From NCBI GenBank assembly GCA_001275005.1, contig JWZX01003002.1, positions 1-43,548 on the forward strand: a stretch of DNA of 43,548 nt, read 5' to 3'. The notes under the pieces are model-generated. The model was not told the origin of the DNA and did no database searches. It saw only the letters and a list, made by a program, of their open reading frames with translations. Numbering within the stretch: position 1 is the first letter of the stretch; each line of letters starts with the position of its first letter. Below are positions 30,442 to 40,612 of this stretch, one piece after another. Source of the DNA: Chrysochromulina tobinii. Taxonomy: Eukaryota. A program made the translations under genes and the position numbers.

Positions 30442-31707
30442 ATGGCGGACGTGTTCTACGTGCTCCAGGCCAGCTTGGAGGCACACTCGGTGCGTACGCT
30501 GCGCTCGATGCTGCAGTGCCTCGATCGCTTCGGCAAGGACCTCTTCCTAGAGTGCAACCACACCGAGCTCACGCTGCGCACGCTCAACGCGGCGCAGTCG
30601 GCGTTCATCGTCTTCACGCTCAAAGCCGACTTCTTCTCGAACTATGAGGTGCTTCCGGGCAAGAGCGCGTCCGTGAAGCTCCACCTGCGCAATGTCACCT
30701 CCATCTTCCGCTCAACCGCGGGCGTCGACAAGGTCTGGTTGCAGGTGGCGACGGGCGCTGCAGAGGAGGGCGAGGGTGGGGGCGAGGCCTTCATGCGTGT
30801 GCAGCTGCACTGTTCGTCGGGTCTGCGCAAGAAATTTGATCTCTCTTTCCAGGAGGTCACGTCGATGAACGCCGTCTACGACAAGAGTGTGTGCCCGCAC
30901 ACCATCGGCGCCGACCCCTCCGTCCTCCTCGAGTGCCTCAAAAACTTTCCGCCCGCGCTCGCCGAGGTGAGCCTCGTGGCGGCCGCGGACTCGCTCACGC
31001 TGCAGAACGAGGTGGACGGCAGCGATGACGCCGACTCGGACGCGCGCCTCGCGCGCACAGAGATGCGCCTCAAGCCGGCGGAGCTGCGCTTGTATGAGCT
31101 CGGCCCACTGCCGCCGGGCGGCGCGGTGGCGATCGCTTTCTCGCTGCGTGAGTTCAAGGCGGTGCTCACGCTGATCAAGGAGCTGGACCACCTGATCGTG
31201 GCGCACATCGAGGCGCCCGGCCGCCCCGTCATCTTCAACGCGCGCCCCAAGGTCGCCGCGGGCCTGCCATACCGCATGGAATGCGTGCTCGCCACTGTCG
31301 TCGAAACCACCAACATGGCCGACGATATGTTCGGGGACGACCCGATGGCTGACCCCACGGGTGGCATGGGCGGCGGCATGGGCGCCGGCGGCGGCATGGG
31401 CAGCACGTGGGGCGCGTGCCACGAGACCATCGGCGCTGCGCCGGCCGCGCACTCCTCACACCCGCCGCCCGCGAATGGGTACGCGTCGCACTCGCACGCC
31501 GCCTCCTTCCAACACGCGCCGCCCATGTCGCACCAGGCCTCGTGGCTGCAGCCGCCGCCACCCATGCCGTCGGCCCCAGCCGCGGCGCACTCGCAGCAGC
31601 CATATCATCAGCAGCAGCCGCCAACGTGGTCGCGGCAGAGTGTGTACCAGCCGCAATCGCGGTATGCGCCCGCGCCGCAGGCGCACCAGCAGCACCAGCA
31701 CCAGCAC

Positions 31708-31754
<47 letters not shown>

Positions 31755-32298
31755 GCATTACTATGGCAGCTCGTACCAGCAGCAGCAGCAGCAGCAGCAG
31801 TACGCCGCGGCTGCTAGTGCGCCATGGCTCGCACCGACGCCTCCAGCGGCGGCGGGGGCGTGGCTTCCGTCGCAGCCGCCCCCGCCTGCGACTGAGTACC
31901 GGTGCGGATCACAATCAGGTCGGATGGGCGCCGCCGAAGGTGCCGCCGCGCCGATGGGCGCCTCACAGGTCGACCCTTCGTACGGCTCCAGCGGCAGTTG
32001 GCTCGCCCGCGGTACAGTCCCTCCCTTAGCGAGCGTGAGCTACCCTTCACATGGCGCAACGGCCGGCGCGGCCGGCGCGGCCGGCGCGGCCGGCGCGGCC
32101 GCAGCGGGAGGCAGCGGCGGGGCAGAGGCTGACAAGGGAGGAGCGCTGTTGGAAGGGGCGCCCGCCAAGGCGCTCGATGACAGCGACACGGAGGAGGATG
32201 AGGACGCGGTGCCTGGCACACCACCCGATGGAGAGTCGTACCCGGACGAGGGCGACGACGAGGGCGGGCCGAACAAGAGGCGGTGCCGTGGGTGGTGA
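30442..32298 (+). CDS. RAD9: Rad9 subunit of the 9-1-1 checkpoint clamp with long Q/P-rich C-terminal tail
   Basis: LQCLDRFGKDLFLE, LRTLNAAQSAF, FFSNY, FSLREFKAVL, APGRPVIF and CVLAT motifs; tail with VPGTPP and a KRR NLS. Confidence 0.9.
31687..31800 (+). repeat. CAG/CAC trinucleotide tracts (polyQ) in the Rad9 tail
   Basis: Runs of cag at 31711-31752 and 31777-31800. Confidence 0.9.
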
Positions 32299-32682
32299 GA
32301 GAGATGAGCGATGAGCCGCGAGCGACAGAGCTCAGCGGAGCCCGGGGTCGTTGCGCGGGTGCGTAGTGATGAGTTAAATTTGCGGAAGTGTACACGTCGC
32401 GGACACGCACCGCGCGATCCTCTGAAATGGCCACGGGTCCGTTCTGCTTACGGCATACGGGTTAGATACGGCGATACGCGAAAAACGCGATAGCGTCATA
32501 GCGATACAACTTCCATTTTTCGCATTAAAATCATTTTGCGGATTCATGTAAGATGTATATGCGCTATACCCCGTACCGCTTAACTAACTCGCGACCCTTC
32601 ACCCTACTAGCATGCCTGCTCTCCTATGCCAAGCGGAAACGTAGACGCCAAGCGGCAAGCACGTCGGGTCGCTCGGCGAAGC

Positions 32683-35600
32683 TCACCTCTTGCCCTCACG
32701 AAGCGCCTCGCAGCGCGACAAGATCAGCTTCCGCTGCAGCTTGCTCGTGACGCCGAGCTCGAGCAGGTCCTCGTCATCGAGCTTGAGCAGAAGGCGGCCA
32801 TCAACTCGGGCGTCGGCAAAGGCGCTGACGTGCACGTCCAAACCGAGGTCCCTAAGCCACTGGCTCACCACGTTCTCAGTCCAGGTGTCTGCTGGTTGAG
32901 GACCTCGTGCCTCTCTGGCGTCTGCAGAAGGTGGCACCGACTGTGAAGGTGGCACCGACTGTGAAGCCGCGGCGGGCGAGGCGATGGCGAACGCCGAGTT
33001 AGGGATGGAGGCGACAGCTTCACCAGCGGCAGCCTCGGGAGCAGCGCTCCCGGCAACGGCGGTGTTGAGAGCGGCCTCGGGCGACTGTCGTGCCGAAGTG
33101 TCTGTGGCAGTCTCCGCATCCCCCATCCCGAGATCGGCTCCGACGTTTGTCGGCTGCGAAGCAGACGCCGCCGGCGCGCGGGCCGTCTCGCCATCGTAGA
33201 AATACTCGTCCTCGTCCTCGTCGTTGATCTTCTTCTGCCGCTTGCGTTTGCTCGCAGCCACGCCGGCCGCGACCGAGGGGGCGCCCTCGGCTTTACCTTC
33301 GGCCTTAACCTTCTTCTTTGCCTGCTGCTCTTCACCCAGCGCCTTGATCGTCATGTACATGTCGACGCGCATCTCTGTGATGTCCTGCGGCGAGAGATCC
33401 TTGAGGCCGAGCTTCCCTCCACCCTGGCACTCGGCGTCCTCCCAGCGCCGCTTGCGCGCTCCCGCCAAGTCGGGCTGCTCGTGCGCGACACGGCTCACGA
33501 ACTGGAGCATGTACGGCCCACCATCGACCGAGTTATTCTGGTGCGGCACCTTGATGTCGTACTCCGGCATCTTGTCGAACTCACCGCGGTACTCGTGAAC
33601 CTCCGCCGTCAGGTCGACGCTGCCGCTGGCGCCGCCGCGGGCGCCAAGCACTGCCCCCACCGTCGGCTCAACAATCTCGCAATCCTCCGACTTTTGGGAC
33701 GACAACGGGGGCGCGGTGTTGGCGGCAGCGGGGGGCGCGGCGGTGGCCGAGGGGGGGGAGGCGGCGGGGGAGGCGGCAGCGATGCTCGTATCCGACGCCT
33801 CCTCCACCTTGAGGGGCTTGCCGGCCGTGCCCTTAGCCTCCTTATCTTTGCGCTCGAGGTCGAGGTAGATCTTGAGCAGCTGGAAGGCCTTCTGCTTCGA
33901 ACCACCCATTGAGTCGAGGTACATGATGCATGGCTCGCGCCCCGGCCGAGCCGCTGCTGGGAGCTGTGCCGGCGGCAGCTGGTCCGCGCGGCGCGTGGTG
34001 GTTATGTGCGCGGCGGCGGCTGCCGCGGTGGCAGCGGAGCGCTCGCCGTTGCGCCAAGAAGCCAGGTAGGCGCCAGGTCGGTGGATGATCGCCAGGCTCC
34101 AATGGAGAGACTCGTTGATCGGCACGAAGACAAAGTCCTTCGCGAACAGGTCGACGCTCTTGGTCCACCGCTGTACCGCCTTGTAGCCCTCGGCGATCGC
34201 GGCGGGGTCCTTGAGCCGCTTGTTGCCGCCGATGGACTGCATCAGCAGTTTGAAGAAGAAGGAGTTGAAAAAGTGGCAGCGCTCGAGCAGCGCTGGCGAA
34301 AGTGACGCCTGGATCTGCTTGAGCTTGTAGTCGACGAGTGTGTCGTTCAGGTACTCATTTTCGATGAGGCGCTGCAGCTCCTCATCGGTGAGCGTCACGG
34401 CGTCCTTGGCTTGCTCGTCGGGGTAGACGAGCAGTACGCGGTTCGAATCGCCTGTTGAGTTGCGCGCGTGCGAGTCCGCTTCGAGTTGCCACGGCTCCCT
34501 GTTCAGCCGCCTCGACTTGCGCTGCGGGGGGAGGCTGCGGTTGGTGCCGCCGTTGCCGCCGAGGCCACCGATGCCGCCGCTGTGGCCGCCGATGCTGCCG
34601 GTAGAATGGCGACGCGATGGCGCCGCGGCTGCCGCTGGGAAGTGATGCGAAGCGCTGCCAGTCGAGTGGTCGGTTGGGTCGACATCGAAGAGACTGCCTT
34701 CGTCGTGAGCCGCGGCGCCGGAGCCCGGCGGCGCACCCGAGGGCTGAAGCGCGAGGGGCGTGTAGCGGCCCCCAGAGAGCGTCTGCTGCATGCCGCCGCT
34801 GCTGCTGCCGGCGCCGCCGCTCACCGCTGCCTTATGCTGTCGACCGCCCTGTGAACTTGGGGCTTTGGGCTTGGGCGCGGGCTTTTTGGCGGCGGTAGGC
34901 GCGTGCGCGGCGAGGGTCCGTCCCATGTGGCCAGTGGTGAAATTGACGACCTGTTTGAACTTTGGGTGCACCTTCACGATGTCAGACGGCCAGGAGGTGC
35001 GAGGGTAGTCAGCCTTATTGAATTGCATGAAGATGGAAGCCTCCGCATCCATGTGCCCGAGGAAGGGCATGTAGGCGCCGTTGAGCTCGTCGGCGAAGGG
35101 CAGGTCCCACACCCCCCACATGCACAGCGTGCCGCGGTCCCTGTTGACCTCGAACCTGTTCAACGCGGCGACAGCGAGATGCGCGTACACGTAGCTGTTC
35201 GAACCGGGCGTCGGGTTCCCAAGCATGAACGTGATTCGCTTGCTGTCGAACTTGACCTCAGCCGCGCCAGCGTCGAAGGTGCCGATGTACACTTGCGACA
35301 TAACGACGATTACGTCGTCAGGGTCCACGTCCTGCACCTTTTCGATCGTCTTGTCCACTGCAGGGCGCGCCACGGCGGGCGCGGGCGCGGGCGCAGGTGC
35401 AGATGCAGGTGCAGGTGCAGGTGCGGGCGATCGACGCTCTCGCGCCGGCGGCACGCCACCCGGCCCGGGTTCGTCATCGTCCCCCAAGTCGATCGCATCG
35501 TCGGCGCCTCCACTCCTCGGCGGCGGCTGTGACTGCGGCTTAGGACGCTTGACGCTGCCGCCCCCCGCGGCGTGGCTCTGGGAGTCATCAGTACGACTCT

Positions 35601-36233
35601 GGAAGGATCGGGTTGGCTGCAGGTAAGTCGAAGATGCGTCATGCGTCACTCCATGCGGTGCGTCGTCGGTAGGACGCTTGCGCCCTTGGCCGCTCGCGCC
35701 GCTCGCGCCACCAGGCGCCCCAGCCTGCTGATGCACCGCGCTGCTGTAGATGGCTCGCCGATCCGCCTCGAGGTCAGTCACGCGCCCGCCGCTGGCCTCG
35801 CGCTGCGCCCCATCACTGTGCGACCTGACGGTGGAGCTCGAGCCGCCGCGCATGGGCCCACCCACGATATCTTTCGGGCTCTGCTTCCGTTCTTCAGCTG
35901 CTCTCGCACGTACTTGCCTATCATCGTCCTCCACATCGATGGCAGCATGCGCAGATCCGGCGTTGCGGCCGTCAAATTGCTCTTTCCTGCGCACACGAGG
36001 TGGAGGCGGAGGGTGCGATCGGTCGAGGCGCACTCGAGGCTCAAACGTGTGCGAGAGCGAGCACACTTCTTCATGTTCTTGAATGATTTTGGGATCGCGT
36101 CCGGGTCATCCGTCTTATAAGGTCCGCCATCCTCAAAGCTGTTTGCCTTAAAGTGTTGGAGCTTAGACGGACGAGTTGGGAGTGCGAGGAGGCTGGAGAT
36201 CTCTTGGCCTAAGCGTCCAAAAGGGCCGGCCAT
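32683..36233 (-). CDS. Ulp/SENP (peptidase C48, Ulp2/SENP6-7-like) protein with C-terminal SAM domain; exons 36233-36067 and 35986-32683; catalytic Cys codon reads Gly
   Basis: EYLNDTLVDY, HFFNSFFFK, VQRWTKSVDLFAKDFVFVPINESLHWSL, YLDSM and QNNSVDGG motifs. SAM: WTENVVSQWL...VDGRLLLKLDDEDLLELGV. An 80-nt GT-AG intron joins the frames. Confidence 0.88.
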
Positions 36234-36353
36234 CAGAGCCGTCCTGGAGCGCTCCTAGAGGCGGGACGCCGAGGGACGCACACGGGCGAGCGCGAAACTT
36301 GGACGATCAATTCCCAGTAAGGTCAGCAAGAATGCGCTTACCTAGAATCTGGA

Positions 36354-36375
36354 GATTCAACTGACCCTTTCTCAA
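36354..36375. promoter_or_regulatory. Recurrent 22-nt motif GATTCAACTGACCCTTTCTCAA (copy in Ulp/PUS divergent intergenic region)
   Basis: Identical to 24194-24215. Confidence 0.45.
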
Positions 36376-36574
36376 AAAACTGGAGAACTTGGCATTTCCA
36401 CCACGGCACTCGCCGCCCCCGCCATGAGCTTCAAGCTCACCATGGGCATGTCGCCCTTCTAAACCGCCCCCGCGCGGTACCCGCCATGGTGTGAATGTAT
36501 GTGTGTGAATGTGAATGTGTGTCTGTGTGACTTCTGACACTCGACGCCTTTGAAATCACTTCACAGTGGAAGCG

Positions 36575-38566
36575 ATGGCAGAGATGAGCGCCTCCTCCTC
36601 CGTCGCCGCCAGCCCCTATCTCTACCGTGACGGCCGGCGCATGGTGGCGCCCTACCCTCACGAGTTCGCGACGCACGCCAAAGGCCGCTGGATTGGCCGC
36701 CGCGTCGCCGAGGTGCTCTACGAGGAGTTCCACACCTCGGCAGAGTGGACGCCCGAGTACTTTGCGTCGACGAGTGCCGCTGGCCGACTGACGCTCAACG
36801 GTCGGCCGGCGACGCTCGAGGACAGCTTCAAGGACGGTGATCGACTCGTGCACGTCGTGCTGCGCGTCGAGCCGAGCGTGCCCGCCACGCCCATCGAGGT
36901 GCTCCTCTGCGACGACCAGCTCCTCGCGGTGCACAAGCCGGCGGGAGTGCCCGTGCACCACGCAGGCCGGTACCGCAAGAACAGCCTCATCGAGATCCTT
37001 CAGTCGGAGCACGCCGACCTCGGCCTCGGCGGCCTCTCCGGCAACGTGCACGTGCTGCATCGCCTCGATCGCCAGGTGTCGGGCGTGCTGCTGCTGGCGC
37101 GCACGGCGGCCGCGGCGGCGGCGCTCAACGCGGCGATGACGGCGGGCCAGATGCGCAAGCGGTACCTGGCGCGTGTACGGGGGCTAATGCAGCCCGGTGC
37201 AGCCCTCACCGTCACGGCGCCTATCCTCGTACGGAGCGCACACGGCGCCACGACGACCAGCTGCGACGAGGCGGGGAAGCATGCGCAGAGTCTCTTTCAG
37301 TGCCTTGGCGTCGATGCGGCGAGCGGCACGTCGCTTGTGCTGTGCGAGCCGATCACCGGCCGCAGCCATCAGCTGCGGCTGCACCTGCAGCGGCTCGGCC
37401 ATCCCATCGCCAACGATCCCGTGTACGGCACGGCGGTGGAGGGCAGTACGGCAGCAGTGGAGGGCAGCGCTGCAGCAGTGGAGGGCAGTGCGGCAGCGGT
37501 GGAGGGCAGTTCAGCGGTGGGCCCATCACCGCCGACAAAGCGCTCGCGCGTGGGCGACTCCGCGGTGGCCGACGCTAGCTCCGACTTCGTCGCTGAGGAC
37601 GAGACCGCTGGCGAGCCCGACGTGATGTGGTTGCATGCATGGAGTTACGAGTGCGGTCAGACTGGCGGCGAGTGTGGAATGGTACGACCGTTACACCAGA
37701 CTGGCGGCGAGTGTGGAATGGTACGACCGTTCGCCGTGTGCGCGCCGGCGCCGTCGTGGGCGTGTCTCGAGGCCTTCGGTCCTCTGCCGTCCCTCTCTAG
37801 CCTCGATGAGCTCGGCGCGCCGGTGCCGCTCAACTCGGCGTGTGGCCAGCGGCTCCTCAGCGAGTGCCGCGGCGCGGATCGGAGCGCCTTTGAATGGCTA
37901 TGGCCCCACTTTGAGCAACAACGCGGACCCGCCATGTGCGGACCCGCGTCGGTGGCGATGGTGCTACGTGCGGTGGCGGCGTGCGATGGTGCCGATGCAG
38001 CCCTGCGCCTGGCGACGGAGGCGCTTGTGTCGCGCGCGCCCACAAAGGAGGGGCAGCTTACGGACGAGGCGCTGGCGGCGGAGGGGCAGCTCACTGAGGA
38101 GGTGGTCCTCAACGGTCAGATGGTCCTCAGTCCACATAAGGTGCGCAGCAGTGGTCTGACGCTCGCCGAGATGGGCACACTCCTCGAGGCGCTCAGTGTG
38201 CCCTGTGCTCTCACGCACGTGCGGGGCATCGCCGGAGCGGCCGGGAGCGACGTCAGCGCGGAGGCAGAGCTGGCGGCGGCGCGCGCGGCGATGGCCCAGC
38301 TACGCCTTGCTCTCCACGGAGCGCCGCGAGCCGCTGTCCTCGTCAACTACCACATGGGTGTCGCGGGCCACCGTCCCTTTGGCGGCCACTTTAGCCCGTT
38401 GGCCGCGTACCACGAGGGGACCGACCGCTTCTTGGTGCTCGACTGTTGGCCGCAAACGGAGCCCAGCTGGCTTGCGTCGGAGAGGCTGTGGAGTGCCATG
38501 GCCGCCACGGATGCGGAGAGCCGCCTCTCGCGTGGGTGGGCACGCGTGGGCTTAGGGACCGAGTAG
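36575..38566 (+). CDS. RluA-family (RPUSD2/Pus9-like) pseudouridine synthase fused to a phytochelatin-synthase-like (papain-fold) domain
   Basis: PUS motifs: HAKGRWIGR, HKPAGVPVH, HRLDRQVSG, TGRSHQLRLHL..GHPIANDPVY, LHA. PCS motifs: FEQQ...CGPASVAMVL, GLTL, VNY, GGHFSPLAAYH...FLVLD. Confidence 0.85.
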   Translation: MAEMSASSSVAASPYLYRDGRRMVAPYPHEFATHAKGRWIGRRVAEVLYEEFHTSAEWTPEYFASTSAAGRLTLNGRPATLEDSFKDGDRLVHVVLRVEPSVPATPIEVLLCDDQLLAVHKPAGVPVHHAGRYRKNSLIEILQSEHADLGLGGLSGNVHVLHRLDRQVSGVLLLARTAAAAAALNAAMTAGQMRKRYLARVRGLMQPGAALTVTAPILVRSAHGATTTSCDEAGKHAQSLFQCLGVDAASGTSLVLCEPITGRSHQLRLHLQRLGHPIANDPVYGTAVEGSTAAVEGSAAAVEGSAAAVEGSSAVGPSPPTKRSRVGDSAVADASSDFVAEDETAGEPDVMWLHAWSYECGQTGGECGMVRPLHQTGGECGMVRPFAVCAPAPSWACLEAFGPLPSLSSLDELGAPVPLNSACGQRLLSECRGADRSAFEWLWPHFEQQRGPAMCGPASVAMVLRAVAACDGADAALRLATEALVSRAPTKEGQLTDEALAAEGQLTEEVVLNGQMVLSPHKVRSSGLTLAEMGTLLEALSVPCALTHVRGIAGAAGSDVSAEAELAAARAAMAQLRLALHGAPRAAVLVNYHMGVAGHRPFGGHFSPLAAYHEGTDRFLVLDCWPQTEPSWLASERLWSAMAATDAESRLSRGWARVGLGTE

Positions 38567-38622
38567 AGGCGAGTAGAGACGACCTGACCCGTTCCCTTCG
38601 GTGGGCGCGCCAACGGGCGCGT

Positions 38623-38990
38623 CTCTACGCCTCCCACTCCCTCTGCGACGACGGCGGCCACGGCGCCGAGTACGCAGACTGCATCTACGGCTCCGACTGC
38701 GCGGACTGCGGCCCGCGCATGCCGGCCGCCGCCCCGATGGCGACCTGCACCAAGGACTGCATCGGAATGCCCTTGTACGCCTCGGACGGCGATTGCGACG
38801 GCGGCGGCCCTGGCGCCGAGTACCTGGGTTGCCAGCTCGGTACTCGGGAAGCGCGGGCCTCGTACCTCCGACTGCGCATGCGCCGACTGCGGCCCGCGCT
38901 TCCCGCCTCCTCCGCCCATCTGCGCCGCGAGACGCGCAACTGGGCTTCCGACGCCGATTGCGACGACGGCGGCCCCGGCTCGGAGTTCCG
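38623..38990 (+). pseudogene. Degenerate fragment of a cysteine-rich CDDGG-repeat (extracellular) protein
   Basis: Three repeat units (CDDGGHGAEY.DC.YGSDCADCGPR; ASDGDCDGGGPGAEY; ASDADCDDGGPGSEF) with compensating frameshifts. No ATG precedes the first unit and the 3' end is abrupt. Confidence 0.6.
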
Positions 38991-39339
38991 CCCGGCCCCG
39001 GGACCAATATTAAGGTGTGTTTGATGTACTTGACCAGTAGAGAACTAAACGCGGACCCGTCTTCAGAAGTAACAAGTATCGCTACGCTCACGAGCTCTCA
39101 CCAGACACCGACCCGCACCCGGAAACGAAACGAAACGACAAACGGGGGTGCTGGCGAGAAGCCGGCGCGGCGGTCATTGCCGGCGGTAGCACACTAACCA
39201 TCGAAACGAAACGACATGCCAAACGAGGTGTGGGGAAGCCGTGAAGCGAAATTTGCGCGCGGGTTGCGACGACGGAGCAACTCAATCAGATAGAACCCGA
39301 GCAGCACCAGAAACCGAGCGTCCCGCGTGCTGACCTCAC

Positions 39340-40419
39340 ATGACCTCATCCCTCATCTCTCTGGACGCGGACGCGCACTCGGCGATGATCTCGCTGGACG
39401 AGTGCCGCCGCCAGGCGCTGCTCCGGCCGGCGCCGGCCGCGCTCGCCGCCGTCCTCGAGGCGTCCGATGCGCCGCCGCCGCCGCCATCCGCAGGTCCCCA
39501 GCCGCTGGTTGACGGTCTTGTGAAGCTGGAGGCAGTATGTACCCTTGAGGCGTTCTTCGACCGCTCTGCATTCTACGATGCCTTCTCCGTGCAAAACATC
39601 GCCCCACTCAAGGAAGCCATTGCGAAAATAAACCCCGACGCCGCGGCAAGAATCAAAAGGAATCTTCACATGACGGTCAAGTATCCCGGTCGCGGCAAGG
39701 TTCCTGGACTCAGTGAGGAAGACAATGACCTGTATTCCTCTGGAGTCTCGGTGCTCTTGCATATCACGGAAATATTCGTTAGCGTTGCAGTCGGATCCGC
39801 GGTGGTATCGGGCATTGACGCCCCCACTCCGTTCACTGAACCATCGAAGAGCAACGGACGGCCCGCCCACCTCACCCTCTGGGGCAACCCACCTGTGATG
39901 GCTGGAAGTGTACTCATTGGGAAGCCACTGTTCCTGCGGGATCCGTTTATACAAGTCACAGAAGAGCGGCAAATGGCTGCTTTGAAGGTCCACTGCAAGA
40001 AAGCCCAAGATTTGAGCAAGATGGTGGCCAAATTGACTTCCGATTTGGCCAAATTAACTTTCGAGATGGGCATCGTGGAACGCCGCAACCAAGAAGTAGA
40101 GAAGACGGTCGGCATCATCGATGGGACCATAAGCCCGCGGTTTGTTCTGCCAGTCCAAGCCGCCGTGCGCCGATTTCTCACGCTGAGGCACGTGGCGCGC
40201 GTGAAGAGCGCGATTGCCATTCAGGCCTTGACCCGCCGCAATGCGGCGCGGCGTCACATTGGACGCCTTCGGCAATTGGGACTCACGAACTCACAGCATC
40301 AGTCGCTCGCGGAGGCGGTTCGTCATTGGAGGTACCAAGCGCAGGTACTGGCGTACGCCGCGTACCTGCGGCAGGTACGTGCGCACAACCGTGAGCCAGA
40401 CCTGATAATGGGCGAGTAA
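39340..40419 (+). CDS. 2H phosphoesterase (tRNA-ligase CPDase-like) domain protein with coiled coil and C-terminal IQ-like motifs
   Basis: Two HxT motifs (LHMTV, AHLTLW) ~67 aa apart; VQAAVRRFLTLR and IQALTRRNAARR. Confidence 0.55.
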   Translation: MTSSLISLDADAHSAMISLDECRRQALLRPAPAALAAVLEASDAPPPPPSAGPQPLVDGLVKLEAVCTLEAFFDRSAFYDAFSVQNIAPLKEAIAKINPDAAARIKRNLHMTVKYPGRGKVPGLSEEDNDLYSSGVSVLLHITEIFVSVAVGSAVVSGIDAPTPFTEPSKSNGRPAHLTLWGNPPVMAGSVLIGKPLFLRDPFIQVTEERQMAALKVHCKKAQDLSKMVAKLTSDLAKLTFEMGIVERRNQEVEKTVGIIDGTISPRFVLPVQAAVRRFLTLRHVARVKSAIAIQALTRRNAARRHIGRLRQLGLTNSQHQSLAEAVRHWRYQAQVLAYAAYLRQVRAHNREPDLIMGE

Positions 40420-40612
40420 CCAACCGACGGTTCTTCATCAAGATCTTCGTCAACCCCAAACGTTATAGTTCGCTGGGGTACGTCGACGAACCACTAACTA
40501 GAGACTGCCCAAGTTTCACACGCTTCGGTGGTCTTTTTTCGTGTGGTCTGACGCGACGCGCACAATTGACCCATGTAAAAGGCGCACATAAAAATAATGG
40601 TGAGAGTGACCT

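Noticed and set aside
32434..32598. AT-richer segment with loose inverted ends (gggtc...gaccc)
   Set aside because: Arms are too degenerate and no target-site duplication is visible.
37658..37731. 35-nt tandem duplication (period 39) in the PUS gene as a nascent intron
   Set aside because: It is in frame and has no AG|GT in the unit; treated as a coding duplication.
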